Shown: positions 7,790-17,344 of the stretch, piece after piece | Numbering within the stretch: position 1 is the stretch's first letter | Layout: each line of letters starts with the position of its first letter | Notes under the pieces: generated by a model | What the model saw: only the letters and a program-made list of their open reading frames with translations | The model's database searches: none | What the model was told of the DNA's origin: nothing | Sequence record: LC667451.1 | Reading direction: 5' to 3' (one strand) | Length of the DNA stretch: 64,000 bases | Made by a program: the position numbers and the translations under genes

Positions 7790-8797
7790 TTACAGGATCA
7801 GGCCCGATTCTTCGTCCGCCTTGTCGCCGGAGCCCAGGAAGTTCTTCGGGCCACGACGAGCACCCTGGTCTTCCGTCAGCTGGGCGATCAGCTTCGTGAT
7901 GCGTTCGACCGCCTCGTGCAGCACGCCGTCGCTGGTCACGAAATGCACCGGCGATTGCTTGGCCACCGCCTCGTTGAGGTCCGCGGGCAGCAGGCCGAGG
8001 AAGCGCACTTCCGGCACCACCGGGAAGGTTGCATCCGCACCCGGCTTGGCGAGCGTCGCCACGCTGATGACATTGCCGATACCGTTGGGCGATTCGCCGC
8101 CGTTCAGGATCGTCAGTGCTGCCAGCATCGGCTGGTCGAACGTCGTGACCTTGTCGAAGCGCAACCAGTTGTACAGGTCGCGCGAATCGAGTTCGGCGTT
8201 TTCACGACTGAAGAGCACTGCCAGGCCTTCGACGAGCGCTTCGACGTTCTGGTCGACTTCGGCACGGGAAGCATCGCCGCTGTTTTCCAGGTACGCGATC
8301 ACGATCGGTGCCTTGACCGACTTGCGGGCGATGTGCTCGTACGATTTGAACGTGTTGAGCGTGTTCATCGCGTGCAGACGCGTCGATGCATCGCCGATCA
8401 TGATCACGATCGTCGGTTGATCGCGAGTGATCAGTTCTTCGACCAGCAGCGGACCGATAGCCGAACCCGAACCACCACCCGCCGTGTGAATGACGACGTT
8501 GATGGTGCCCGGCTTGTGGGCGTGCAGGATTTCCGGCAGACGCGGCTTGACTTCCGGCGCGATCTCGCGACGAATCTGGCCAGCGCCGTCCTTGCCTTCG
8601 ATCAGATAGATCGCATCGGCAGGCAGACCTTCGCGCAGGTTCGACTTCGACGAATCGATATACGAGATCGCCACGTTCGCGTAACCGGGGTCACGACGCG
8701 CGCGGAACTGCTCGAGGCGGCTGGCGATGTTGATGCCACCGCCGCCCGTTGCGTACACTTGCAACAGGCCTTTCACTTTCTCGATGTTTGCGGACAT
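7790..8797 (-). CDS. phuZ: PhuZ/TubZ phage tubulin (335 aa; start MSANIEK)
   Basis: 'ATGGGGINIA' N-terminal loop, tubulin signature 'TAGGGSGS', 'YIDSS', and an acidic C-terminal tail ending 'SGLIL'. AAGGAAAGGA SD upstream. Confidence 0.93.
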   Translation of the reverse strand: MSANIEKVKGLLQVYATGGGGINIASRLEQFRARRDPGYANVAISYIDSSKSNLREGLPADAIYLIEGKDGAGQIRREIAPEVKPRLPEILHAHKPGTINVVIHTAGGGSGSAIGPLLVEELITRDQPTIVIMIGDASTRLHAMNTLNTFKSYEHIARKSVKAPIVIAYLENSGDASRAEVDQNVEALVEGLAVLFSRENAELDSRDLYNWLRFDKVTTFDQPMLAALTILNGGESPNGIGNVISVATLAKPGADATFPVVPEVRFLGLLPADLNEAVAKQSPVHFVTSDGVLHEAVERITKLIAQLTEDQGARRGPKNFLGSGDKADEESGLIL

Positions 8798-8882
8798 GTT
8801 CCTTTCCTTGTTTTTAAACGGAGCATCACTCCTACATAGTAGGCTATGCTCGGGTAAAAAATGCCCAGCGTAAGCCGGGCAC

Positions 8883-9287
8883 TTATGCTGCAACTTCCTC
8901 CAGTTCGACAGCCTTCACCACACGCGTGAAGAGCGGCTTGGCTTCAGCGATAAAGAACTCTTCGTACTTCGAATCCATGAACGGCATCACGAGCGGGCTG
9001 AGTTCCGTCGAAGCACGGTCCTTAGCCGACAGGTAGTCGAACACGCGACGCTTGCTGCCGACCCAGAGGTTGCCCTCAGCGAGTTCAGCTTCAAAGGTCT
9101 TGTAGTCGCCGTCTGCCATCGAAGCACGGAAGCCTTCGATAACAAAATCGCCATTGGCATCAGCGTGCACACGATAGAGAACCGTGTCGCCGTTGTTAGC
9201 CGTTTCGTCCACGACGAAGTGTTTGTTCATGTAGACCACTGCCGAGAGGTTAGCAGCGAAAGCCTTGATGTTTGCGACGTTCTTCAT
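8883..9287 (-). CDS. Hypothetical protein (134 aa; start MKNVAN)
   Basis: AAGGAG SD and strong codon bias from 9287. Confidence 0.75.
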   Translation of the reverse strand: MKNVANIKAFAANLSAVVYMNKHFVVDETANNGDTVLYRVHADANGDFVIEGFRASMADGDYKTFEAELAEGNLWVGSKRRVFDYLSAKDRASTELSPLVMPFMDSKYEEFFIAEAKPLFTRVVKAVELEEVAA

Positions 9288-9428
9288 GATAACTCCTTGG
9301 AGTGTTCTAGGGATAAAGGTAGAAGCTTTCTGCTTCAATTCAAGGACGTAATATAGGTCTGAAATCCGTTTCAATCGACTTTTTACACGCGATCCTATGT
9401 AGATTCTTTTTTTAACTGGAGGACCATA

Positions 9429-10232
9429 GTGAACGCTATCACACGCGCTGTGGATGTGGCGATGCGTATCATCCCTCGCCGCGTTCTTGAAGAGGTGTTT
9501 GTCGAACGCACGGCTCAGTGGCGTCAAGCGCCCAAGAGCATCAGCGAATGCATCATGGAACAGGTGATCCGCCCGCGCGTGTTGGTGGACTGTAACCTGG
9601 TAGGCGGCACGGAAGCGTTCATCTACCTGGACGATATTCCCTACGAACGCATGAACGACTACACGTCAGTCTATCGGATTCCCAAGACCAAGACACAAGG
9701 TCGTTCGATTCTCTCCGCCCTGAATATCACCTTTGCGGACCCGACCAAAGTCTCGTCTTACGGTGTCGCAGCCGGTGCCCAGAACACCACGCTCTTGCAG
9801 GCTGGTCAGGCCGTGATGGACGCCTACGGTGCATTGCCTGTCACGTCGACACACCGTGTGCAGTTGATCGGCGAGAACACGATCATGGTGCGCGATACCA
9901 TCGTGCTACCACCGGACGTGTATCTGCGCTGTATTTTGGCGAACGACGAGAACATGTCGCACCTGCAGCTGCGCAGCTACCAGCCGTTCTGCAAGTTGGT
10001 GGAACTGGCGATCAAGGCCTACATCTACTGGGATCAAGTGATCGAGGTGGACATCGGTAAGATCCGAGGCGGTCAGGAAATCGGCAAGTTCAAGGAAATC
10101 GTCGACGGGTACTCGGAAGCTGAAGAGCAATATCAGGAGTTCCTCGCCAACACCTGGCAGAAGGTGGCGTACATGCAGGACAACGAAACGATGACGCGCT
10201 TCATCCGCTCGCTGGTGGGCGGCTACCGTTAA
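9429..10232 (+). CDS. Conserved phiKZ-like protein, possibly virion-associated (267 aa)
   Basis: GGAGG SD, GTG start, biased codons; 'RPRVLVDCNLVGG' recalled as a jumbo-phage core gene motif. Confidence 0.8.
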   Translation: MNAITRAVDVAMRIIPRRVLEEVFVERTAQWRQAPKSISECIMEQVIRPRVLVDCNLVGGTEAFIYLDDIPYERMNDYTSVYRIPKTKTQGRSILSALNITFADPTKVSSYGVAAGAQNTTLLQAGQAVMDAYGALPVTSTHRVQLIGENTIMVRDTIVLPPDVYLRCILANDENMSHLQLRSYQPFCKLVELAIKAYIYWDQVIEVDIGKIRGGQEIGKFKEIVDGYSEAEEQYQEFLANTWQKVAYMQDNETMTRFIRSLVGGYR

Positions 10233-10235
10233 TCG

Positions 10236-10270
10236 GTCATACGAGGCAGGGGTGACCCTGCCTCTATGCC
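10236..10270. terminator. Bidirectional hairpin GTCATA-stem-TATGCC between convergent genes
   Basis: GAGGCAGGG-GTGA-CCCTGCCTC stem. Confidence 0.75.
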
Positions 10271-10278
10271 GTTGTGGC

Positions 10279-10893
10279 TTAGATCAGCGGATTACGCAGC
10301 TGGATCTTGATAAACGTACCGGTCGATTCCGGTTCCTTGCCTTCGAAGGCTTCTTGCTGATACTTCTGCAGGCCTTCGGTGAGCGGCATGATCGTGAGTG
10401 TAAAGCCCGCGTGATCTTCTTCGACCTTGTAGACGCACTTGTCCGACAACTGGCTCACCAGATTGCGAATCTGGCTAAAGCAGAACATGTAGTCCAGACC
10501 ACCCTTGCCTTCGCCAAAGCGCTTGCCCTGGAAGTCTTCTGAGGCGGCGGCGAGCAACACGTACGCCGCCGGAGCCACATCGTAGGTGCCAGCATCTTCA
10601 CCCATTTCGATATTGATCTTCAGGACCGGCGAGCCGTCGACGTTCACACGGTAAGCTTCCTTGCGGCGCCACATGCCTTCATGAGCACCTGCGTCGAAGT
10701 AGAAGTCCGTTTGCACCTTCGGATGGCTCGAGAGCTCGCGCACGAAGCGACGCACCAAGCGCAGGATGGGACGCTCGTCGACAGCGTACTGGGTGTTGAT
10801 GTGATTCTCGACAAAACCCTGGTCGGCGTTGGTGGCCTCGAAGTTCTTGAAGTCGTAATCGGAAAAGAAGAAGGAAAGCGGTTTCTGGTTCAT
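10279..10893 (-). CDS. Hypothetical protein (204 aa)
   Basis: Long ORF with host-like codon bias. Confidence 0.75.
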   Translation of the reverse strand: MNQKPLSFFFSDYDFKNFEATNADQGFVENHINTQYAVDERPILRLVRRFVRELSSHPKVQTDFYFDAGAHEGMWRRKEAYRVNVDGSPVLKINIEMGEDAGTYDVAPAAYVLLAAASEDFQGKRFGEGKGGLDYMFCFSQIRNLVSQLSDKCVYKVEEDHAGFTLTIMPLTEGLQKYQQEAFEGKEPESTGTFIKIQLRNPLI

Positions 10894-10943
10894 GTAAGAC
10901 TCAATGGGCGGGTGGTGCGGGGTGATTCGAAGTTCACCCTTCG

Positions 10944-11216
10944 TTAGAACAAAGCGAGTAGCTCGTGTGCGCGTTGAAACTGATCTGCTGCAATGCCGAA
11001 CAAGTTGTACTTTTGCAAGATGATCCCAGCACGAAAGTGAGTGGCCGCTAAGCCCAATACATCGTTCTTCACTTTCAACATACCACGGGACTCGAGACGG
11101 TGCTGTTGCTCCTTAACAAGTACGTAGGTATCCTGACAGCGTTGCTTGTCCGCTTTCTGAAAACGAGCCAGATTGTAACGCGTCAGTGCGATCGAATGCA
11201 TAGTCGTACTCCTCAA
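10944..11216 (-). CDS. Hypothetical protein (90 aa)
   Basis: 4-nt ATGA overlap with the upstream gene; GAGGAG SD. Confidence 0.6.
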   Translation of the reverse strand: MRSTTMHSIALTRYNLARFQKADKQRCQDTYVLVKEQQHRLESRGMLKVKNDVLGLAATHFRAGIILQKYNLFGIAADQFQRAHELLALF

Positions 11217-11491
11217 GCTGCCATCCGGTTCTCCTCTGCCGCAGTCAGATAACCCGTCACTTCGTTCAACATGAGTTGGTACGTGTTGAGCTTGTGCACG
11301 GTGTCCCCGCCGACTATGGCATCAGGATTTTTCAAGGCCTGTTCCATGCCTGCAAGCTTGATGCGTTGCCCCAGATTGGAGGTCAGCCGCTTGCATTCTT
11401 GGATCTTCCCATACAGGGTGATTTTCAGCTTTGACAGGATGTCCTGAAGCTGCTCTTCGGTAAAGCGCGCGTTCGGCATGCTAGTTCTCAC
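11213..11491 (-). CDS. Hypothetical protein (92 aa, helical)
   Basis: ORF in a co-directional cluster; true start may be MPNARF. Confidence 0.6.
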   Translation of the reverse strand: MRTSMPNARFTEEQLQDILSKLKITLYGKIQECKRLTSNLGQRIKLAGMEQALKNPDAIVGGDTVHKLNTYQLMLNEVTGYLTAAEENRMAA

Positions 11492-11543
11492 GCGGGTAGT
11501 TAAGGGAAATAAAAGAGGACTCTGGTTCCTCTCTCATATCTAA

Positions 11544-11753
11544 TCAGGACATCCGATTAGCACCCGCCTTAACATTTGCCGTGAAGCTCAAGGGCATGCC
11601 CGGCCAGGGTACCGAATCAGTCGGCGTGTTGTCGTGTTTGGGCGATTCTGGATTGATCGCATTCAGGTTGTACAGACAGTTCGGACTGAAGAATGCGCCG
11701 ATTTCACCATGGGGAAGATGTACCAGCGGTACCAACTTTTCTTGCTTAGCCAC
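11544..11753 (-). CDS. Small hypothetical protein (69 aa; GTG start, MAKQEKL)
   Basis: GGAG SD immediately upstream of GTG at 11753, downstream of a terminator hairpin. Confidence 0.45.
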   Translation of the reverse strand: MAKQEKLVPLVHLPHGEIGAFFSPNCLYNLNAINPESPKHDNTPTDSVPWPGMPLSFTANVKAGANRMS

Positions 11754-11820
11754 ACAAACTCCGAAATAGAACCAAAAAAAAGAGGATCGATGAAGGGGTG
11801 CCCGAAGGCACCCCCACACA

Positions 11821-12282
11821 TTACAGCGCAAACTCGTCGCAGTAATAATCTACGTGCAGAAGTTCTTCGCCAACTTCAGTTACCACGAATGGGTCGTTAT
11901 CGAGCACGAAGCCGATCTGGCTGCTGAGCAGAATCTTCAGGGCCGCACGACTGATGATCCATTCGTCATCCGTATCCACCATGATGGCCAGGAAACGGTC
12001 ATCGACGACTTCGTTCATGTCGTCCCAGAGTTCCTCCAGAAACTGGCTATGTTTCTGGAGTTCCGGGAAGCCAATCTCGCGATGATTGTGGATCAGAGAA
12101 AACAACCTGATGCGCCCTGCGATGAGTTCCAGACCACGATAGGCGCCGATATGGGTATCCTGCGGCTGGCTGTCGTAATGATCGAAGATCTTCTTGATCG
12201 CGACGAGCAGTGATTCATTGGCGCGGACGCGATTGAAGATGTTGATAATGGCGAGGAGGTATTCGGCTTGTTGGCGACGCAT
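11821..12282 (-). CDS. Hypothetical protein (153 aa; start MRRQQAE)
   Basis: AAGGA SD at the re-assigned start. Confidence 0.7.
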   Translation of the reverse strand: MRRQQAEYLLAIINIFNRVRANESLLVAIKKIFDHYDSQPQDTHIGAYRGLELIAGRIRLFSLIHNHREIGFPELQKHSQFLEELWDDMNEVVDDRFLAIMVDTDDEWIISRAALKILLSSQIGFVLDNDPFVVTEVGEELLHVDYYCDEFAL

Positions 12283-12371
12283 GATAAATCCTTGTAAGTA
12301 AGCTGTAAAAAGAAGGGAGCCCGAAGGCTCCCTCGAACCCACCCCTCGAGTGATAGGCAGGGGAGTGTTGC

Positions 12372-12893
12372 TTAGCTGCCGTAGCGCGAACGATCGATCA
12401 GCTGGATGTCGTACTGACCATCGAAGCGGATGCAGATGCGCTCGTAGAGCGGAAACTGACCCGTCTCTACCTTCGCCTTCACGAAACGAATCTTGCAGCG
12501 CATCTCACCACGATCGTGGATGATGTTGCAGTTCGCCTGCAGAAGTTCTGCGAAGCCGCGCTCCAGCGCAAAGGCGAAGTCAAACTCTTCACCCATGCGA
12601 ATGATCATCGGGTTCTCGAACAGGCTGCGCAGAGCGTCGACTGCGACCGTGTAGATCCGCATACGGCGCAGTTCACTCGGCTTCACGCCGCCCTTCTTCG
12701 CAAGCAGCACCAGTTCCGCAATTGCCTGGAGTGCGTTGCGCGTTGCCCCTGCCCACAGTGATTCATCAAGACGTATCACCGTACCGATGAACATCTTGAA
12801 CTGCTTCGAAATCAACCGATCGATTTCAGCGGGACTGAGGGCCTGCTTCTCAGTTGCGTTATCGACGAGGGCGGAGGTGGTTTGCTTGGCCAT
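12372..12893 (-). CDS. Hypothetical protein (173 aa)
   Basis: AAGGAG SD; biased codons. Confidence 0.75.
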   Translation of the reverse strand: MAKQTTSALVDNATEKQALSPAEIDRLISKQFKMFIGTVIRLDESLWAGATRNALQAIAELVLLAKKGGVKPSELRRMRIYTVAVDALRSLFENPMIIRMGEEFDFAFALERGFAELLQANCNIIHDRGEMRCKIRFVKAKVETGQFPLYERICIRFDGQYDIQLIDRSRYGS

Positions 12894-12990
12894 TGTAGGC
12901 TCCTTATAGCAAGTTGTAGTCTGTATCCGACAGACGGCGGCTACGGCATGAAACGAATACTACGGGGTCAGACACTGCTTGTCAAGCAGC

Positions 12991-13173
12991 TTATTCACTT
13001 TGCGACGAGGCTGCTGCAATGCGCTCCATCTGCATCACGTGGCCGACTTCCATGGTCGTGGCCAGAATGCCAGCGAACGTAGCGAAGCACAGGCAGACAA
13101 AGGCGACGCCCTTGATCTTCGTCACGAGGCTGCTTTTACCGGAATGATAGTTCTTGATGGCGTGGTCGTTCAT
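12991..13173 (-). CDS. Small membrane protein (60 aa; start MNDHAIK)
   Basis: AGGAG SD; one hydrophobic helix 'GVAFVCLCFATFAGILATTM'. Confidence 0.6.
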   Translation of the reverse strand: MNDHAIKNYHSGKSSLVTKIKGVAFVCLCFATFAGILATTMEVGHVMQMERIAAASSQSE

Positions 13174-13259
13174 GATGTTAGGCTCCTGAATCAGAATTGG
13201 AAAGAATGGTAAAGACGGCATACTGGCTAAGGGTTGCCCCCTAGCCGCTAGGTCGTCGA

Positions 13260-13751
13260 TTAGCGCGGACGACGCGAAGGCGAGACACGGACGGTCACGC
13301 GTTCACGCATCGTCGGCCGGGTCGGTTGCGCTGCTGCTTGTTCGGCTTCGGTAGCGATGAACACTTCCGTCACGATGTGCTTACCGAAGACCGTATCCTT
13401 TTCGGTGGTCTTGGTCGTGACAGCCAGGTCCAGATGGTCCAGATTCTCGATCACCACTGTCGTGATCTTCGAACCAAACACCGTCGGTTCCACTTCTGAC
13501 TTGGCGAGCTTCAAACCCGGCACGAGCTTGATAACCGCAGTGCGGGTACGCTCTTGCGTGTCGCGACCGAACACGGTGTCTTCTTCGACCGTGGTGCGAA
13601 CGGTCACCGGCACTTCCTTCGGCATGCCACCGAAGAGTGTGCGCAGCAGATCTTCCGTGCGCTCTTGTGCGCGTTCACGGCGTTCACGTTCCACACGTGC
13701 CGAGATGGTTTCACGACGGCTGCCGAACGAGAATTCGAAATTGTCAAACAT
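13260..13751 (-). CDS. Hypothetical protein with three internal TVFG repeats (163 aa)
   Basis: AGGAG SD; repeats 'EEDTVFGRD', 'VEPTVFGSK', 'EKDTVFGKH'. Confidence 0.8.
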   Translation of the reverse strand: MFDNFEFSFGSRRETISARVERERRERAQERTEDLLRTLFGGMPKEVPVTVRTTVEEDTVFGRDTQERTRTAVIKLVPGLKLAKSEVEPTVFGSKITTVVIENLDHLDLAVTTKTTEKDTVFGKHIVTEVFIATEAEQAAAQPTRPTMRERVTVRVSPSRRPR

Positions 13752-13820
13752 GGTACTCTCCTAGTTTCCAGTGTTGGTTAAGGTAACTCAAGCGACTCTA
13801 TTGGCTTGATGTCACCCCAA

Positions 13821-13842
13821 GAATATATGTTTGAAATATTTT
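13821..13842 (-). promoter_or_regulatory. Candidate early (virion RNAP) promoter, ACATATATT in AT-rich context
   Basis: Minus strand reads AAAATATTTCAAACATATATTC, similar to the phiKZ early TATATTAC consensus. The same ACATATAT occurs at 32280-32287. Confidence 0.45.
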
Positions 13843-13889
13843 TGAATCGAGATTTGACGGCATAAAGGCCAGGATCGACCCCGGCCCAA

Positions 13890-14280
13890 TTTTTCGCTAG
13901 TTCTACTTCAAGTAAGAAAATATCTTAATCTTACATGATACGATTCCAAGCGATATCCTCTCTAGGAGTATAATAAAGAGGGGGCTTCCGCCCCCTCTAC
14001 GCTATTCTCTTCTACTCCGCTTCGCTCCGCGTCGCTCTGCTCCTTGACACATAAGTGATTAGCTATGCAGTATTTTTTTACTAGAATAGAGAAATAGTCT
14101 TTAGAATCAATGACTTAGAACTGCGTAGCAAATAGCCGGGGGAGGGCTTGTCCCCTCCCCCTCTTTTTAAAAAGTTCTAGGTAGCTGAACGCAAAGGAAG
14201 ATCGAGCGCTGGCGCGAGGGGGAAGGAAAAGACCAGCGTAGCGACAGAGAGTGTACGGACAGGCATTGGTTTGTATAGTA
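13890..14280. other. AT-rich divergent intergenic region with hairpins and (T/G)CGCTC(C/T)GC-like repeats; possible origin or regulatory hub
   Basis: Strand switch point; low GC; hairpins at 13979-13998 and 14137-14162; iterated CTCCGC/TTCGCT/GTCGCT at 14012-14044. Confidence 0.35.
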
Positions 14281-14470
14281 CGTGAATGACACCGCATGGC
14301 CGAAAACCCGTCCAGCGTTGCAAACCTTTCTTAGGGGCGCGGCGGGCGGCGGGAATTTATCGTGCTCCTCAATCATGTTAGGACCTGCAGGCGCCAGTGT
14401 TCTTTTATCCTGTAGGCTCAAATATTGTGAGCACCTTTTTTCCGTTCCTACACCCCTAGAGGAAGAACCC

Positions 14471-15550
14471 ATGAGCAAAAGCATGTTCCGTATGGCCTTG
14501 GAGGGCGAGCAGATTCAAGAGATGCGTCGCCCCAACGAGCCGACCATTGTCATGAGTGGTCCGCTCTCCGAGATCTTCACCAAGGCGCTGGACGTCGCGT
14601 ATGCCAAGGCACCGGCCGAGGGTCAGGGCGTCGTGGCCACCGAATCACAAGCACAGGACGTCACGATCATGCAGAAGATCGTCGAGTCCATCAACAACAA
14701 CGCAACGCAAGCGACCGAACCGGTCAGCACCGACAGCGGCTCTGGCGCAGACCTGCAAGTCTACGGCGTAGCCAAGCAAGACATCCAGGATTCGGACGTG
14801 GTCGACGTGGCCGATGCGCTGATGAACGAAGACGTCGAAACCAAGCCGAAGGAATTCGTCGTGGTCGTCGACTCGACGCTGCCGGGTGCCAATGGTGCTG
14901 GCTCGGCGCCGCAAGAAGAAGTCGAGTACCTCAGCGAAGCGATGGAAGCCTTGACCAAGCGTCTGGGCGGCAAGTTCTATCGTTCGTTCGAAGAATTCGT
15001 CGAAGCGCGCGTCAATCCGGAAACCGATCTCGGCAACGGCGGCAATCCGGGTGCCGATGGTGTCGGTACGCTGGGTGATGTCGAAGACCAGCAAGGCGGT
15101 GGTGGTTCGGAAGGTGATCCGGCAACCACGGGTGAAGCGAAAGATCCATCGATCACGGCGGCTGTCGTAAACATCGCGCGTATCGCGCGTGAAGAAGCAG
15201 CCGTCGACGATGGCGCGGCGGGTTCGGGCGAAGCCCCGGATGGTGACGCAACCGGTGTGGCGCCTGCTCTCGAGAACGGCACGAGCGATGGCAACAGTGA
15301 CACGGGCCAACCCGTCGTGCAACCGGTGCAAGGTCTGCCCAACGATCCGGGTGCGCTGAGCCCGGAAGCGGCTGCAGCAATCGGCGCAGGTGACGACAAG
15401 GTCCCGCTGCCCAAGAAGGAAGGTCAGATCAACCCGGCGGATTCCGTCGCGGGTGACCCGACTGAGCCGATCGCTGGCTCGGCACTGGAAAGCTACACCG
15501 TACGTGTGGTGACTCTGGCGCCGCGTCAACGCGTGCGCGCACGCAAGTAA
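14471..15550 (+). CDS. Acidic, low-complexity putative head/inner-body protein (359 aa; start MSKSMF)
   Basis: GAGG SD; several [SAG]-x-E sites (MALE, ATE, PALE, SALE) matching the phiKZ prohead protease cleavage consensus; G/D/P-rich linker. Confidence 0.75.
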   Translation: MSKSMFRMALEGEQIQEMRRPNEPTIVMSGPLSEIFTKALDVAYAKAPAEGQGVVATESQAQDVTIMQKIVESINNNATQATEPVSTDSGSGADLQVYGVAKQDIQDSDVVDVADALMNEDVETKPKEFVVVVDSTLPGANGAGSAPQEEVEYLSEAMEALTKRLGGKFYRSFEEFVEARVNPETDLGNGGNPGADGVGTLGDVEDQQGGGGSEGDPATTGEAKDPSITAAVVNIARIAREEAAVDDGAAGSGEAPDGDATGVAPALENGTSDGNSDTGQPVVQPVQGLPNDPGALSPEAAAAIGAGDDKVPLPKKEGQINPADSVAGDPTEPIAGSALESYTVRVVTLAPRQRVRARK

Positions 15551-15570
15551 TCTCATCCCAGGAACGGATG

Positions 15571-15606
15571 GTCATACGGCGGAGGCTCCGGCCTCCGCTT
15601 TATGCC
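15571..15606. terminator. GTCATA-hairpin-TATGCC element
   Basis: GCGGAGGC-TCCG-GCCTCCGC stem followed by TTTATGCCG. Confidence 0.7.
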
Positions 15607-15649
15607 GCTCGGCTTATTCTGTGTATCCGTAGCCCACAGAGGACCCTAA

Positions 15650-16909
15650 ATGGACGTTTCTATCAAGGGCGTATTTGAGAGCGAGTGTGCCGACCTTGCC
15701 ATCGATGCGCAACTGGCCAAACGCCTCCATTTGTATACCGTTGGTTTCGCCCACAAAAACCAGGACCACATCGAGTTCTTTGGCGGGAACCTGACCGGTG
15801 TGCAAGTGGTGCGATTTACCGACGCTGATCGGGACCAATGGTTCCACGAAATTCTGAAAGCCGATGAAGGTGCATTGGAAGAACGGCTGCTCGCGCTGCC
15901 GACCGTGAACGCAGACTTTAACGTCTCGTCGGACACGATGAACCTTTCATGCGCCTGGCTCATGCATGCGCTGCTCATCTCCAAGAAGCTCTCCGATCAT
16001 CAGCGTCATGAAGCAATGATGGACGTCGCGCTGGTGCTTCAGTACAAGTTTCTCACATCCCGCCTGTACCGACATTTCAAGTACCCAGCGGATCGTGCGA
16101 CTGCGGAAGCCACCTACGCCCAATTGACGTACAAGTACGCCATCAAGCAGTACGGTAGTTGGGCAGCCGTACTCAATGCGCGTGCCGAGGAGATCATTTC
16201 TCCAACTGGGCTGCACCACAATGCTGTGGAGACGATGAACCCGGACAGTTCCGTGGTTTATCTGCTCAACGACACGCAGGGTCGTATTCGTGACATGTTG
16301 AAGAACATTTACGATGTGTTCTTGCAGGTGCACCGCCAGGGTATCAAGATCAGTTCGACTAGTAGCATGGTCGAGCACGATGGGGTCGAGATCTTGAAGG
16401 ATAAGTCCAAGAACCTCTTGGCATACACGCGTTATATCAACTCCATTATCACGGATCGCAACTCGTTCATTCGCGAGGAGCTCGTGACGGTCATTGAAAA
16501 GCAAATGAAGACGATGCCACCGCGTCTGTTTCGGGAGTCTCTCGAATGGATGTCGGACAACTATCGTCAGGCAGGCGCTTCAATGATCGAGGAACTGTTG
16601 AACGAGACCCTCATCCATAGCTTCGACTATCTCGCAGAGAATCGGAGTCTGGTGAGGAATTCCACGGATTTGGCCAGCCTACTCACACGTCTGCGCGGAG
16701 TTTACATGAGCTCACGATCGACCGATCCGGCTCTGTTCTCGTTGCGTGAGAAAGCAGAAAAGATCGTGAAGCTCGCGACACAAAACAAAAACACCAGTGT
16801 GATTGCCTCGGTTCGAACCGGCTTGCTACTGTACCTGATTGCACGAGCGTATTCCATGCGCTACTACGCACAGAGCGCAGTGGGCTATCCGACGAAGATC
16901 GCGGCATAG
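15650..16909 (+). CDS. Conserved phiKZ-like core protein, probable virion structural protein (419 aa)
   Basis: GAGGA SD; long ORF next to the terminase; 'FFGGNLTGV' resembles a conserved jumbo-phage family as I recall it. Confidence 0.8.
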   Translation: MDVSIKGVFESECADLAIDAQLAKRLHLYTVGFAHKNQDHIEFFGGNLTGVQVVRFTDADRDQWFHEILKADEGALEERLLALPTVNADFNVSSDTMNLSCAWLMHALLISKKLSDHQRHEAMMDVALVLQYKFLTSRLYRHFKYPADRATAEATYAQLTYKYAIKQYGSWAAVLNARAEEIISPTGLHHNAVETMNPDSSVVYLLNDTQGRIRDMLKNIYDVFLQVHRQGIKISSTSSMVEHDGVEILKDKSKNLLAYTRYINSIITDRNSFIREELVTVIEKQMKTMPPRLFRESLEWMSDNYRQAGASMIEELLNETLIHSFDYLAENRSLVRNSTDLASLLTRLRGVYMSSRSTDPALFSLREKAEKIVKLATQNKNTSVIASVRTGLLLYLIARAYSMRYYAQSAVGYPTKIAA

Positions 16910-16936
16910 GCTTGGTCCCTTCGACCAGGTTCAACG

Positions 16937-17344
16937 ATGTCTGTCTTAAAGCGTTTACTCACTCGAGGGTACTTGTGGATCGAGCGCGTTAAAGGCCCCA
17001 AGAAGGTCAGCCAGACCGTCGTGATCCAGACCGAGCGTGCGAATACGTTACGCGTGATTCACCAATCTGGTTACGACATCACCATCTACTGCCAGCGCAA
17101 GGAGTTCCTGAAAGAGTACGAGTGGGAGGTGGTGCCAACACGGACCTACACCGTCTATTACGTTTTCTCGCGTGCCACTTACGACGCCCCGGAACTGATT
17201 AAGCAGGCATGTCGACTGGAGGTGACTTTCCCGCCTTTGATCCCTGAGTTCGCCGACGAAGAGATCCAAAAACGAGCCGCTATTGATGCGTACGTAGACT
17301 TACTCACGGACAAGTTACTGGTGCTCAAAGAAGAACTGGTGTAG
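16937..17344 (+). CDS. Hypothetical protein (135 aa)
   Basis: AGG SD; followed by a hairpin-TATGCC terminator at 17359-17396. Confidence 0.7.
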   Translation: MSVLKRLLTRGYLWIERVKGPKKVSQTVVIQTERANTLRVIHQSGYDITIYCQRKEFLKEYEWEVVPTRTYTVYYVFSRATYDAPELIKQACRLEVTFPPLIPEFADEEIQKRAAIDAYVDLLTDKLLVLKEELV

